This document shows positions 1-10,525 of a DNA stretch of 64,000 nt, piece by piece. The position numbers and the translations under genes are program-made. Within the stretch, counting starts at the first letter, position 1; each line of letters begins with the position of its first letter. Source of the stretch: a phage; sequence record PZ445439.1; one strand, 5' to 3'. Below the pieces are notes generated by a model. It had not been told where the DNA came from. It was given only the letters and a program-made list of their open reading frames with translations, and ran no database searches.

Positions 1-66
1 ATTGATACATTCATATTTAACTTGTAACAGTAATAAACTCCAACCTAAAATAATAGTTGGAATCAT
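1..66 (-). CDS. 5' end of an ORF running off the window (hydrophobic N-terminus MIPTIILGWSLLLL...)
   Basis: ATG at 66..64 on minus strand, open to window edge; weak ribosome-binding site. Confidence 0.2.
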   Translation of the reverse strand, partial: MIPTIILGWSLLLLQVKYECIN

Positions 67-143
67 AAGAGGAACCGTTACACTATAGTATATACTTATT
101 ATAACCATCAAGATTAAAAGCAATGCTGCTATAATTTTGCTTT

Positions 144-395
144 TCATTCCTTCTCTCTGATGATAATTACCTGATTTGGCTGTGCAGACTTTTTAGTTTC
201 ACCAGCAATTGACCAAATAAATGTAATAAACCAACCAATAATTGACCAGTTAAACAGTAAAGATGTGAAAAAGATTCCTACTGTCGATTTTGACCCACGC
301 ATCAAGGCGATAAACCATGGAAGCATGTATATAATAATAGCCAACACACCTGAAACTAAAACCATAAAAATTGAACCTGCTACTAAAGTTTCCAT
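144..395 (-). CDS. imm: Immunity to superinfection membrane protein
   Basis: 83 aa, two hydrophobic segments; position next to gene 43 as in T4. Confidence 0.85.
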   Translation of the reverse strand: METLVAGSIFMVLVSGVLAIIIYMLPWFIALMRGSKSTVGIFFTSLLFNWSIIGWFITFIWSIAGETKKSAQPNQVIIIREKE

Positions 396-402
396 GTTTT
401 CC

Positions 403-783
403 TCACTTAGTCAAATTTTTTACACATGAATTATAAGAATTCACTACATACTCCATCGGAGCATTTTTACCAGTACGCCATTGGTAATTATTAGCCCAAT
501 TAGCCCAAATTTCGGCGCAGTAGTTTTCAATTTTTTCTTCGCGTGTAATTACATCAGAATTACGATATGCTTGAGCAGATTCATCTGGACGAATAGCTTC
601 GTCAAAATTCGCCTGCATTTGTTCGACTGTTTGCTTTGGAGCTTCTTTATAACACTTGACATTAGGATTATAAAATTTGCTTGAACAGTTTACAATTTTT
701 CCTACATCAGACTGATTTACTACCGGTCCTTGAGCTACACAACCAGTAAGACCTAATGCAATAACCAAAATAGCGATTTTCAT
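403..783 (-). CDS. Putative lipoprotein (signal peptide with LTGC lipobox)
   Basis: N-terminus MKIAILVIALGLTGC; 126 aa. Confidence 0.6.
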   Translation of the reverse strand: MKIAILVIALGLTGCVAQGPVVNQSDVGKIVNCSSKFYNPNVKCYKEAPKQTVEQMQANFDEAIRPDESAQAYRNSDVITREEKIENYCAEIWANWANNYQWRTGKNAPMEYVVNSYNSCVKNLTK

Positions 784-793
784 AATAATTTCC

Positions 794-1030
794 TCAAATG
801 CAAGTAGTAATTACTCCAGTAGTGCTTATGCAGGTATTACCCATTTGCACACCTAAAGATCCATTTGTATTCACATGAAGATTATCATCAATTTTAACTG
901 ATATTTTACCATTAGTGTGAATAACGGTGCTAGATTCAATCACAGGTTGAGTATCATTTTCAACACTAACAAATGGAACTGCTGCTAATGCAACTAAACA
1001 AACTGCTAAGCATCCCATAACAATTTTCAT
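794..1030 (-). CDS. Small secreted or membrane-anchored protein
   Basis: Signal-peptide-like N-terminus MKIVMGCLAVCLVALAA; track ORF begins with TTG, ATG at 1030 follows a GGAG ribosome-binding site. Confidence 0.5.
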   Translation of the reverse strand: MKIVMGCLAVCLVALAAVPFVSVENDTQPVIESSTVIHTNGKISVKIDDNLHVNTNGSLGVQMGNTCISTTGVITTCI

Positions 1031-1066
1031 TTTATTCTCCAAATCTGTATCAGTAGTTGATAGTTG

Positions 1067-1098
1067 TATAGTACCACAGAGGAACAGTCTTGTAAAAC
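1067..1098 (-). promoter_or_regulatory. Sigma70-type T4 early promoter (-35 GTTTTAC, -10 TACTAT on minus strand)
   Basis: Member of a repeated 45 bp promoter family; upstream of ORF 794..1030. Confidence 0.6.
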
Positions 1099-1186
1099 AG
1101 TTTTGTGAAAAATTTTTTAGGGAATTCTAAAGGTCCAGAATCATCTGTTTTTCATAAGTATAGATTTATATTACTTGTATGAAAAA

Positions 1187-1202
1187 GGGACCCGGAGGTC
1201 CC
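1187..1202 (-). terminator. Hairpin GGGACC-UCCG-GGUCCC followed by U-run
   Basis: Immediately downstream of gene 43 stop. Confidence 0.55.
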
Positions 1203-1215
1203 TAGATTTATTCTA

Positions 1216-3912
1216 TCAGCCAAACAGGAAGTCTAACGAAGCTTTTTCTTCATAGTCCATACCAGCCGATTCACACATGCCTGCAAGCGGTTTAACAAAC
1301 GATTTTTGGAACAAAGTTGAGTAGTCAATCCAAGACAGTACGTCAGAACGAATTTCTTTTGGAAGTTCTGTACCCGACGGCCAAGCAATGCATTTGTCAC
1401 CAAATGGATTTCCTTCACGCAATGGAAGAACCATTACTTTATTTCCATCCAAAATTGGAGCTACACCTAAACCGCTAACAGCTCGACGATAAGTTAGCAC
1501 ACCACGAATATGGAACGGACATTTAAATCCTGGCCAACCTTTATCATCATATTTCGCTATATCGTTCGCAGTTTTTACTTCAGCAATAACTTTATAGTCA
1601 AGTTGACGATATTCTTTCTCGAAGTTCTTGTAATATTCTTGGACAGACTCTTCACCTTCCTGAAGAATACGACGAATACTTTCTTCGAGAGCTTCTTGGA
1701 CCGCTTTAGGCGTTGAACTCTGCTGAGTTTCCATACCCATGATTTTTAGATGCGGTTCAGCAAATCGCTTATCTTCCATATCATATACGTTCAGAGCATA
1801 ACGCTTTTTCGCTTTCCAAAATCCACCAACGCCCTTTGAACCAAGTGGAGGGCAAGAAATAGCTTCACGGTCCATATGCATCAGATGCTCGCGGTTATTC
1901 ATATAATCACATAACTCACGATATGCAACATCAATCATAGGTTCCATCTTTTTCTTACCGAACTGATTCATGAATTCAACTAAATCGTTCTGCTCTTTGA
2001 ATCGGTCAAGACCAACTTTTTCAATAACTTTATCTACACAAACATATACCGAATCAGTATCACCTGCTGCAATGAAATCTTCGCCATTAGTTCCGCATAC
2101 TTTATTCAGATATTCATTAATTTTACGAGCAATCCACTGAATACCAACTTGGCCGAAAATTGTGATAGCAGTAGCATTTCGCAAATCATAGTAACGGAAA
2201 TGAATATTACCAAGAGCACCGTAAAGGCTGTTAATAAGAATTTTACGGTTCAGCTGATTTGTATTAGCAAGTGTAGCCGCTTTTTCACATTCTTCAATCA
2301 AACTATTGAGAACAGATTCAGTATAATTCGATAGTTCATTTAAGAAATCATCACTGAACTTAACATATCGTTCAACTTCAGGTTTAGTTGAACAAGACCC
2401 TACGCCTTTCATAATAATCTTTTTAATAGCTTCGGCATTCATTTCTTCAGCGAACATTTTCTTTTTCCAATCTTTACGCTGGAAAAATACTTTAGCGATT
2501 TCCTTTGGAATGATACCTTCTTGATGCTTATCATACATCCATCCATTCGGAGAACAAGAATATTCATCACTCGGTTTAGGAGCTGTTCCTGCGATATATT
2601 CATGAATTGGATGAACTTTAAACTGACCACGAATAGTCTCAGGACTAATGTTAACCTGACGAATAATGCTCGGATACAGAGACGTCAAGTCAAAACTCAT
2701 AATATATCGACGAGCAATTGGTTTAGGTTCAAATACAAATGCACCCGGAAAACTTTGTTTAACGTGCGAACCTTGTTGAGGAATAACCTTGTGTTCACCT
2801 TTCAATGAGTTAAAAATAATAGCATCCCAAGTTTTAATAGGACTCATTACACCAGAAAAAGGCATTTTAGCGTAATAAGACATACTTAAAACTAGATCAA
2901 TAAACCCGCGAATTTTATCAATTGCTTGAACTGATTCTACGTCAATGATGTTATAACTAATGTATCGTTGATGATTAGTCTCACGAAGTTTATTAATAGG
3001 ACCGTCGTATGGTAATTTACCTTTTTTGGTTTCATGTTGAGCAACTGATTCCAAAGAGAATGACGGCAAATTAGTAAAAGCAAATTTCTTGTACAAATCT
3101 AAATAATCAAGAATAGATACACCATCAATAGAATAAATTTCTTTGCTGCCGTACATATTTTGAATTAGTTTAGATTTTACTCGACCGATTGGAGAGAAGC
3201 GTTTCATACTACGTTCACCGAGAACCATTTTAACGCGATTCATGATATACGGAACGTCAAATCCCTCAATATTCCAACCAGTAAAAATAGCAGGTCGTTT
3301 CTGTTCCCAGAGATTGATATATTCCATGAGCATATCACGCTCATTATCGAATGGCATATAAATTACTCGGTCAAGAATTTCTTGAGGAACTTCATCACCA
3401 CCTTCACAGTCAAGCTTAGCAGCTAACTTTGCATCCCATTTTGATACTGAACCATACATTGAATTCAAAAGGTCGAAAACATAAAAACGATCATCAATTG
3501 AATCGTAATGAGTGATAGCATCAATTTCATATTCAGCTTTCATTGGGTCAGGAAATTTATCACCAGTAACCTCAATGTCACAGTTAGCTACACGAACAAA
3601 TTTTCGGTCATAAACAATTTCTGAACCGTATGTATCACTGATATAAGCGAGTTTAAAATCGTTCATACCGAGAGCTTCGAGACCGATGTCTTCCATTCGT
3701 TTCATCCAATCTCGAGCATCTTTCATTGATGGAAATTTTTGAGGAGCGCAGTTTTTACCATAGATGTCTTTGTACTTTGACTCTTCCTTACAATGCCTAA
3801 ACATAGTTGGAAGATATTCTACTTCACGAGTACGTTCCTTTCCATTTTCATCAATATAACGTTCAACAATATTATTTCCGACTGTTTCAATAGAGATATA
3901 AAATTCTTTCAT
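1216..3912 (-). CDS. 43: DNA polymerase (family B) with 3'-5' exonuclease
   Basis: 898 aa; exo motif NCDIEV, pol motifs DLTSLYPSII and GDTDSVYV. Confidence 0.97.
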   Translation of the reverse strand: MKEFYISIETVGNNIVERYIDENGKERTREVEYLPTMFRHCKEESKYKDIYGKNCAPQKFPSMKDARDWMKRMEDIGLEALGMNDFKLAYISDTYGSEIVYDRKFVRVANCDIEVTGDKFPDPMKAEYEIDAITHYDSIDDRFYVFDLLNSMYGSVSKWDAKLAAKLDCEGGDEVPQEILDRVIYMPFDNERDMLMEYINLWEQKRPAIFTGWNIEGFDVPYIMNRVKMVLGERSMKRFSPIGRVKSKLIQNMYGSKEIYSIDGVSILDYLDLYKKFAFTNLPSFSLESVAQHETKKGKLPYDGPINKLRETNHQRYISYNIIDVESVQAIDKIRGFIDLVLSMSYYAKMPFSGVMSPIKTWDAIIFNSLKGEHKVIPQQGSHVKQSFPGAFVFEPKPIARRYIMSFDLTSLYPSIIRQVNISPETIRGQFKVHPIHEYIAGTAPKPSDEYSCSPNGWMYDKHQEGIIPKEIAKVFFQRKDWKKKMFAEEMNAEAIKKIIMKGVGSCSTKPEVERYVKFSDDFLNELSNYTESVLNSLIEECEKAATLANTNQLNRKILINSLYGALGNIHFRYYDLRNATAITIFGQVGIQWIARKINEYLNKVCGTNGEDFIAAGDTDSVYVCVDKVIEKVGLDRFKEQNDLVEFMNQFGKKKMEPMIDVAYRELCDYMNNREHLMHMDREAISCPPLGSKGVGGFWKAKKRYALNVYDMEDKRFAEPHLKIMGMETQQSSTPKAVQEALEESIRRILQEGEESVQEYYKNFEKEYRQLDYKVIAEVKTANDIAKYDDKGWPGFKCPFHIRGVLTYRRAVSGLGVAPILDGNKVMVLPLREGNPFGDKCIAWPSGTELPKEIRSDVLSWIDYSTLFQKSFVKPLAGMCESAGMDYEEKASLDFLFG

Positions 3913-3972
3913 AGATATTCCTTAGTTTATAGCCCGAGTTATTAGGCTCTTGATATATTATACTCCAAATAA

Positions 3973-3986
3973 GGGGCCGAAGCCCC
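3973..3986 (-). promoter_or_regulatory. UUCG-tetraloop hairpin upstream of gene 43 start (candidate gp43 translational operator or terminator)
   Basis: GGGGC-UUCG-GCCCC on minus strand, about 60 nt upstream of gene 43 ATG. Confidence 0.4.
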
Positions 3987-3992
3987 TTTGCT

Positions 3993-4229
3993 TTAAATTT
4001 CTATTGTACGACGCGATATAACGGACTTGCCATCTGTATTTGTGGTTTTGATAATCGCATGAAATGCGCGTTGGCGTGGGTAAACTAATCGTTGGAATTC
4101 TTTTTGGAATTCTATTTGTTTATCTTCCGGGAGGTCAAAAACCAGTTGGGTAGAAGACAGACCATATGTTTGTTTTAGATTTTCGAATATTAGAAAAGCT
4201 TCGGTAAACTGAATCTCTGATTGTGTCAT
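3993..4229 (-). CDS. Hypothetical small protein between regA and gene 43
   Basis: ORF in regA-43 interval; internal ATG start just after regA stop. Confidence 0.3.
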   Translation of the reverse strand: MTQSEIQFTEAFLIFENLKQTYGLSSTQLVFDLPEDKQIEFQKEFQRLVYPRQRAFHAIIKTTNTDGKSVISRRTIEI

Positions 4230-4239
4230 ATAATTTACC

Positions 4240-4608
4240 TTAATTACCAATCGTATATTTAGGAACGAGTTTCCATTCATGTTTTTGTTTAAAAGAAATA
4301 ACTCGGAAGTTATTAGTTAAATCTTTCATAAAAGTTCTTTGACCAGGAACGATTTCAATCAGTCCCCAATCTTCTAATAGCCATGCAATCGAATCACGAC
4401 GAACTTCATCTTCTTCTGTCATTTCAACTTGACGGCCATCCATACGAAGCATTTCTTTAAAATGAACGATATAGTATAGTCCTTTTTTCTGAAGAATATG
4501 ACAGGACTGATACAGAACTTTATCTTTATTATTAGCAATTCCCATACGAGTCAAAGTTTCTTTTACTTTCAGAAAATCTTCAGGTTTTTTAAGAGTAATT
4601 TCAATCAT
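4240..4608 (-). CDS. regA: Translational repressor RegA
   Basis: 122 aa, matches recalled T4 RegA sequence and position. Confidence 0.92.
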   Translation of the reverse strand: MIEITLKKPEDFLKVKETLTRMGIANNKDKVLYQSCHILQKKGLYYIVHFKEMLRMDGRQVEMTEEDEVRRDSIAWLLEDWGLIEIVPGQRTFMKDLTNNFRVISFKQKHEWKLVPKYTIGN

Positions 4609-4609
4609 T

Positions 4610-5173
4610 TTACCATTCCAATGCTAGTTTTTTGAGTTGTTTCTGTTCTTTTACGTTCTTAGTCACTTCTTTCAAAAAATCATCCGTGACTAAACCTTTT
4701 AGTTCTTTTAATACTAAAGGAAGTTTTCCATTTTTAGTAAGAATTGATTTATAGTTAATTGCATCATTTGTATTAACTTGATACCGTTTAGCAAGTAACT
4801 TAATAATCAATACTTCGGTGGAATCTTCAACCAGTTTTGCCCATTTACCATATCTTTTACCACGAGGAACTGCAGCCATTAGATAATTAAAATGAGCTTC
4901 ATCACTTAAGCCTGATCCAATTAAATTCATAGCATATACAGCTGGCATGCACTCTGGAAATTGTGATAATGCATTTTCGACCATGAATTTTGAATAATCT
5001 TTTTGAGCAATAGAGCATTTAGTTTTATTATTGATAGCTCCAATTATTTCAAAAAATTCATTTTCAGCTTTTTCTTTAAAAGAATCAGCAGCGGATTGGA
5101 CAGCTGTCCAATCTTTTGAATACCAAGCAACTTGATGCTCGTTTAATTGAATATCATCTTCAAATAAGCTCAT
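4610..5173 (-). CDS. 62: Clamp loader small subunit
   Basis: 187 aa from MSLFEDD; stop/start coupled to gene 44. Confidence 0.9.
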   Translation of the reverse strand: MSLFEDDIQLNEHQVAWYSKDWTAVQSAADSFKEKAENEFFEIIGAINNKTKCSIAQKDYSKFMVENALSQFPECMPAVYAMNLIGSGLSDEAHFNYLMAAVPRGKRYGKWAKLVEDSTEVLIIKLLAKRYQVNTNDAINYKSILTKNGKLPLVLKELKGLVTDDFLKEVTKNVKEQKQLKKLALEW

Positions 5174-5174
5174 A

Positions 5175-6134
5175 TCACTTCCACTGCATTTCACATGCTA
5201 ATTGAATGAAAAGATAAGCTAAATGTAATTCAGTGTTAGCTGCAATACCATGATACTGATTATTTTCGCCGACAATTTCGTACATACGAATAATACTCTG
5301 TGGAGTTACACGTGAATAGATTTCTTCGGCAAGTTTACCCACGAACCACGAATAATCAGCTGCATATTTTGGTGCTAAAGCTCTGAGTTGTTTAACATCT
5401 TTATTTTTGAGAGACTCAAGAACATCATCAATAGCGCCACGATCGTTAGTAACCAGTGATAAAATACCAGCATCCAAAACACCTTTAGATGAATAACTAT
5501 CGAGCTCGCCAATAGTTTTACGAAAATCAGGAAAATTCTTTTTAACCAAAGCTGCTACAACTTTCATATCAGCTATAGCAATTCCTTCATGCTTACAGAT
5601 TTCAGTCAATCGACGAATCATCTGCTTCATCATTTCAATTTTATCTTCATCGGTCGGTTGACCGAACGTAATAACTCGGCAGCGTGACTGAAGTGGTTTA
5701 ATAATACCATCAATATTGTTAGCAGTAATAATAATACTACAGTTTGAACTATAAGCTTCCATAAAGGAACGAAGATGTCGCTGAGATTCTGCTAAACCTG
5801 AGCGGTCAAATTCATCAATAACGATTACTTTTTGACGACCATCAAATGAAGCTGCACTCGCAAAATTAGTTAAAGGACCACGAACGAAATCAATTTTACA
5901 GTCTGATCCATTTACAAACATCATATCAGCATTTACATCATGACACAATGCTTTTGCTACAGTTGTTTTACCTGTTCCTGGAGAAGGAGAATGAAGAATA
6001 ATATGTGGAATCTTACCTTTACTTGTAATAGATTTAAAGGTTTCTTTATCAAAGGCGGGAAGAATACATTCATCGATAGTAGATGGACGATATTTCTGTT
6101 CAAGAATGTGTTCTTTTTCATTTACGGTAATCAT
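5175..6134 (-). CDS. 44: Clamp loader ATPase subunit
   Basis: 319 aa from MITVNEK; Walker [11 protein letters not shown], Walker B VIDEFD. Confidence 0.95.
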
Positions 6135-6168
6135 AATTTCCTCATTCAAGTTTTAGTGTAAATTATAA

Positions 6169-6182
6169 AGGGCCGAAGCCCT
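6169..6182 (-). terminator. UUCG-tetraloop hairpin between genes 45 and 44
   Basis: AGGGC-UUCG-GCCCU on minus strand. Confidence 0.4.
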
Positions 6183-6185
6183 CTA

Positions 6186-6872
6186 TTAAAAATCGTGGGT
6201 AGAATCAGCTTCAAGAGCTACTACATAATTCGCATGTTCACCTTCAAATTTAGCAGCACCTTGTTTACCTTTTGCCCAGAGCAGAAGTTTATAATTTCCT
6301 GGTTGCATTTTCATATTTGCCATATTGATAATGAAATTAAATGTATTTTCACCATCATAATCACCAAGAGTCAAAGAATATTTAACACGGGTCAGAGCAG
6401 AATCTTCTACTTTATTAAAACCGTTAATTACGATTTTACCTTCTTTTACCGTGATAGCAATTGTATCAATTTGCAGACCACGAGATACACGCAACAGTTG
6501 TTGAAGGTCTTCAGCTTTAATTTCAGTAACAACAGATGCTACCGGGAATGGAATTGGTTTATTAGGAGCAACTACTGTACTCGGATCGGCTGCTGGCCAA
6601 AAAATTGTTGAACGGGCATCAGCAATTTTAATATTTCCATCTTCTGACTGGGAAATTTCTGCATCATCATTAACTAGAGACAGAATACCGAGAAAACCGT
6701 TCAAATCGTAAATTGCTACATCAAAATCAATAACGTCAGAAATATTTGCTTCCGCATAAGTTGTACCATTAACTGCGCGAGTCATAATAAATTGACCGGA
6801 TTTAAGCATAATGCCAGAGTTAATAGTAGCGAAATTTTTCAAAATATTCAGTGTGTCTTTAGATAATTTCAT
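6186..6872 (-). CDS. 45: Sliding clamp
   Basis: 228 aa; position and length as T4 gp45. Confidence 0.93.
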   Translation of the reverse strand: MKLSKDTLNILKNFATINSGIMLKSGQFIMTRAVNGTTYAEANISDVIDFDVAIYDLNGFLGILSLVNDDAEISQSEDGNIKIADARSTIFWPAADPSTVVAPNKPIPFPVASVVTEIKAEDLQQLLRVSRGLQIDTIAITVKEGKIVINGFNKVEDSALTRVKYSLTLGDYDGENTFNFIINMANMKMQPGNYKLLLWAKGKQGAAKFEGEHANYVVALEADSTHDF

Positions 6873-7756
6873 TTCAATTTCCTATTTACATAATAGTTAG
6901 ACCAGGACCGTACAGCACCCTGATAAGATTCGTCGTTAAACCCATTAGCTACTGCAATTTTACGAAATTTATTATAACTTGGTTTTCCGTAAGCATGCCA
7001 TAAAGATTTTAATTCATCTTCATGTTCAATCCAAGTTCCTCTAGCTTTAGATTTTCTAAATTTTGATTTGAATTCCGGTAAATTATTTCTAACAGTTGCT
7101 TGAATTGAAGCTCTCTGTCTTCTTTCAGCATTATTCCATAATTCTTTTTGAGATTTAGAAATTTTTGATCTTACACTTTCTGAATTCATTATATCACTAA
7201 ACTTTTTAGCATAACTACAATTAAGATATTTCAATTTCATCTTATTTGAGAGTTTAAGCTTTTTCTCATCGGTCCAGTGATTCTTCATTGAATTAGATAT
7301 TTTGTATTTTACTTCAGAACTATGTTTGTAACCTTTACGAATACCGACATACTCAGGCGTAATTTCAGATTGCGAAAGCTTTACAATTTTTCCAGTTAAA
7401 ACATTTTTATATGTTCCATATCCTTTAGCACCAATTAAAGTATTTTCATCTGCGTATGCTTTATTAAAATATTTTATATTACTTTTTGCTTTAACTTTTA
7501 ATTGAAAAAATCTCTCCAATTTTCTTGGATCTAATATAGTTTCAGCTAAAATTTTGACGGTATATTTAGTGGTTTTAATAAGTTCAAAATATTCATCGCT
7601 ATAACTCGATGACACGCTTCCAGTATAAATCTTTCCAGCTGAATCAATTATATTTGTTCCATCGAAAATTGCGTTAATTTTTGAACCTATATAATAACAC
7701 GGAAAAATATTTTTAGCTTCCCGCTCTGGAAAGCTAATAAGATATACTAAATTCAT
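6869..7756 (-). mobile_element. GIY-YIG seg-like homing-endonuclease-related ORF (295 aa) with NUMOD3-like repeats
   Basis: N-terminal VYLIS...CYYIGS; C-terminal HSSEVKYKIS, HWTDEKKLKLS, SESVRSKISKS repeats; ATGA overlaps with rpbA and gene 45. Confidence 0.6.
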
Positions 7757-8142
7757 TTATTAAACTCGGCCACAATTGTTTCCGCAACAATTTGAGCAGC
7801 AACAATTAGACGTTCATCTGCATTACCACAATAATCATCTTCAAGGCGTTCACCACATGAAGTCATAATAAATTTAGCACCGGCGTTTAGGGATTCTGTA
7901 GTATGTTTGCGCATTAGTTCAATCCATTTATTACTTACTTCACGATCGATAGCTTCATAATACGCATGACGAGCAGGTGCAGATTTAATTTTGTTCTGAA
8001 TAACTTCCATTGCGTTATCAGAAAGAGACAAAACCCATGCTCGACGAATTTTATTTTGGTTTTGTGGATTTGATTCAGAACGCACGTGTTTTGGCTGAAT
8101 ATCTTTTACGTCAACAGTATAATTCACAGTAATTTTAGTCAT
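7753..8142 (-). CDS. rpbA: RNA polymerase-binding protein RpbA (assigned by position and length)
   Basis: 129 aa ORF upstream of gene 45. Confidence 0.5.
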   Translation of the reverse strand: MTKITVNYTVDVKDIQPKHVRSESNPQNQNKIRRAWVLSLSDNAMEVIQNKIKSAPARHAYYEAIDREVSNKWIELMRKHTTESLNAGAKFIMTSCGERLEDDYCGNADERLIVAAQIVAETIVAEFNK

Positions 8143-8151
8143 AATACACCT

Positions 8152-8340
8152 TTAGTCATAATAATCAGTAACAGTCCAAGCTTCATTTCTATTGGACATT
8201 ATTTTTGTATATTCTGCTTTAAATGCATTCCTAAGCATAGATTCAGTAACTATATGCTCTTCATTAGAAAAATTATTTCTCAGAATATATCGTTTTATTT
8301 CAGGAAAAGTTAATAAATGCTGTCCAGTTGAATATTCCAT
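8152..8340 (-). CDS. Hypothetical small protein
   Basis: 62 aa ORF between rpbA and gene 46. Confidence 0.5.
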   Translation of the reverse strand: MEYSTGQHLLTFPEIKRYILRNNFSNEEHIVTESMLRNAFKAEYTKIMSNRNEAWTVTDYYD

Positions 8341-8395
8341 GTTTTTCCTCCATAGAGATTATACTCTAATAAATTAAAGCATAATCTCTTATAAA

Positions 8396-10078
8396 TTAAA
8401 CCATTACAGTAAATCGACCAACTTTCTTCATTTGAAGATGCTGACCATATTCTTGTGGGTCATGGTCTTTATGCGAAATTATAAAAACATTAGTATTTTT
8501 CATTGAATTTATAATATTCGCTACACCTTTAATACCTTCGGCATCAAATGACCCATCAAACACTTCATCGAGTATTAATGTACTAATACTAACACCAGAT
8601 ACAATAGAAGCAATATCACGCCAAGTAAATAAAAGAGCAATATCAATTCTTGCCTTTTCACCTTCACTAAATGAAGCATAACTAAAATCTTCACGACCAC
8701 GGGATTTAATTGTCTCATTAAATTCTTCATCTAATGTAAACACATAATCCGCTTCCATTATTTTAAGATAATGGTTAATCTGCTTATTAAATAATGGAAT
8801 GTACTTTTTAATAATAGCACCTTTAATACCAGAATCTTTGAGCATATCAGTCAAAATTCCTCGGTGGTATTTTTCCATTACTAAATTAGTTTTTGTCTTA
8901 ACAATTTTATCAAGTTCTTCTTGAAGCAGTGCTATTTCATCAGCATGGTCAATAAACTCAGAAGATGCTTTTTCTATAGCCGCTTTAACCTTTTTAGCTT
9001 TATCTACTGTCGTGATTAGAGATTGCTTTTTATTGCGAATATCATTTGCCAACGACTGTTGGGTTTTAATATTATCTCGGTATTCATCAACAAGAACTTT
9101 TAAATTATCACGATGTGTTGAAAGCTGTTCAAACGAATGCGTACATTCAGAAACTTTATCTTTAATTTTAGAAACAACTTTATCACCGGAACTCAATTGC
9201 GACAAACAGGTTGGACATAATCCACCTTCGTGATACATATTAATGACTTTATTATATGAGTCAATTTTTGATTTAATTAAAACTGCTTCTTGACCGATTT
9301 TATTAAATGCATCAGTCGGGTCTTCATCCAAAACAATATTAACTAATCTTTCATTAGCTTCTTCTATTTCCGATTTTAGCGTTCTAGCTTCTTTTGCCAA
9401 ATCATCGTACATATTTTGCAGACGAGTAAGGTTGTCACCCGTTAATTTTTTCTGGCGTTCAACGTTATCATTATATATTTTAATTTGTTGGATAATACTA
9501 TCTTTTTTAACATCAAGCACTTGGTTTTGTGAATTTAATTCACGTATTAGTGCTTTATTAAGCTTATCCATTTCAGCTAATGTTCCTACCTCAAGCAGGT
9601 CTTCCACAAGCTTTCTTCGTGCAGGGGTCGACAAACCCATGAAAGGGGTATACCCTGCTGTACCAAGGACAACAATCTGCTTGAAACTGGCATATGACAT
9701 TCCGATAAGCTGTTCAAATTCTGCTTGGAAATCTTTACTGCTGGCAGATTCATTAAGACGTGTACCGTTAACGGTGATTTCGAAAACGTTTGGTTTTTGT
9801 CCTCTTTTGATATAGTACTTTTTCTCATCATATTCCATCCACAGTTCAACTAAAAGTTCTTTCTTATTTGTGCTGTTTATTAATTGACCTTTCTTTACAT
9901 CACGGAATGGCTTGCCAAAAAGCCCAAATGTGATGGCTTCTAACATAGTAGACTTACCACCGCCATTTCGTCCAGTAATAAGAGTTTTTTGAACCTTATC
10001 TAATTGAATGTCAATAGGATTTCCACCTACTGACATTATATTTTGATACCTAACTCGGTTTAGTTTAAAATTCTTCAC
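8396..10078 (-). CDS. 46: Recombination endonuclease subunit (Rad50/SbcC-like ATPase)
   Basis: 560 aa; Walker A GRNGGGKST; central coiled coil with CPTC hook-like motif. Confidence 0.95.
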   Translation of the reverse strand: MKNFKLNRVRYQNIMSVGGNPIDIQLDKVQKTLITGRNGGGKSTMLEAITFGLFGKPFRDVKKGQLINSTNKKELLVELWMEYDEKKYYIKRGQKPNVFEITVNGTRLNESASSKDFQAEFEQLIGMSYASFKQIVVLGTAGYTPFMGLSTPARRKLVEDLLEVGTLAEMDKLNKALIRELNSQNQVLDVKKDSIIQQIKIYNDNVERQKKLTGDNLTRLQNMYDDLAKEARTLKSEIEEANERLVNIVLDEDPTDAFNKIGQEAVLIKSKIDSYNKVINMYHEGGLCPTCLSQLSSGDKVVSKIKDKVSECTHSFEQLSTHRDNLKVLVDEYRDNIKTQQSLANDIRNKKQSLITTVDKAKKVKAAIEKASSEFIDHADEIALLQEELDKIVKTKTNLVMEKYHRGILTDMLKDSGIKGAIIKKYIPLFNKQINHYLKIMEADYVFTLDEEFNETIKSRGREDFSYASFSEGEKARIDIALLFTWRDIASIVSGVSISTLILDEVFDGSFDAEGIKGVANIINSMKNTNVFIISHKDHDPQEYGQHLQMKKVGRFTVMV

Positions 10079-10338
10079 AAAAGATTCCTTTTAATGTATC
10101 TTTTAGACCATTCTATCATATCATCATAATCTAAAAAGTATTCATCAAATTCAGCCATGCAAACAACACCTTGTGCTGCTTTTGATGTGATATAAATTAT
10201 TCCAACATATCTAGAATCTTCTTCGGTATAATCAATATTTGCTATGAATTCATCATTAATGTCAAATGTCGAAAACTTCACAGTATGCATCCTTAATACA
10301 AGATACGGCCATATCTCGCAATGATTTAGGTGTGTCAT
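10075..10338 (-). CDS. Hypothetical protein
   Basis: 87 aa ORF. Confidence 0.45.
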   Translation of the reverse strand: MTHLNHCEIWPYLVLRMHTVKFSTFDINDEFIANIDYTEEDSRYVGIIYITSKAAQGVVCMAEFDEYFLDYDDMIEWSKRYIKRNLL

Positions 10339-10525
10339 TATCTAAAATGTTGAAGTTAAAAGATACAGCCCAATCTGTACAGACCGTGACCTTTTTAATA
10401 CAATTATCTTCAACCTCTAGCGGTTCAAACCAATATTCAATAATTTCTTTATGACCAATATCATCTTTTACTTCGCATTCAAAATGCTGACTCATCATAA
10501 CATTTTTAAATTCATCAAAAGTCAT
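10262..10525 (-). CDS. Hypothetical protein
   Basis: 87 aa ORF coupled to gene 47. Confidence 0.5.
   Translation of the reverse strand: MTFDEFKNVMMSQHFECEVKDDIGHKEIIEYWFEPLEVEDNCIKKVTVCTDWAVSFNFNILDNDTPKSLRDMAVSCIKDAYCEVFDI

Noticed and set aside
1233-2630. Alternative-frame minus-strand ORFs nested in gene 43 (1233..1418, 2439..2630)
   Set aside because: Fully contained within the DNA polymerase ORF in another frame, with no independent start signals.
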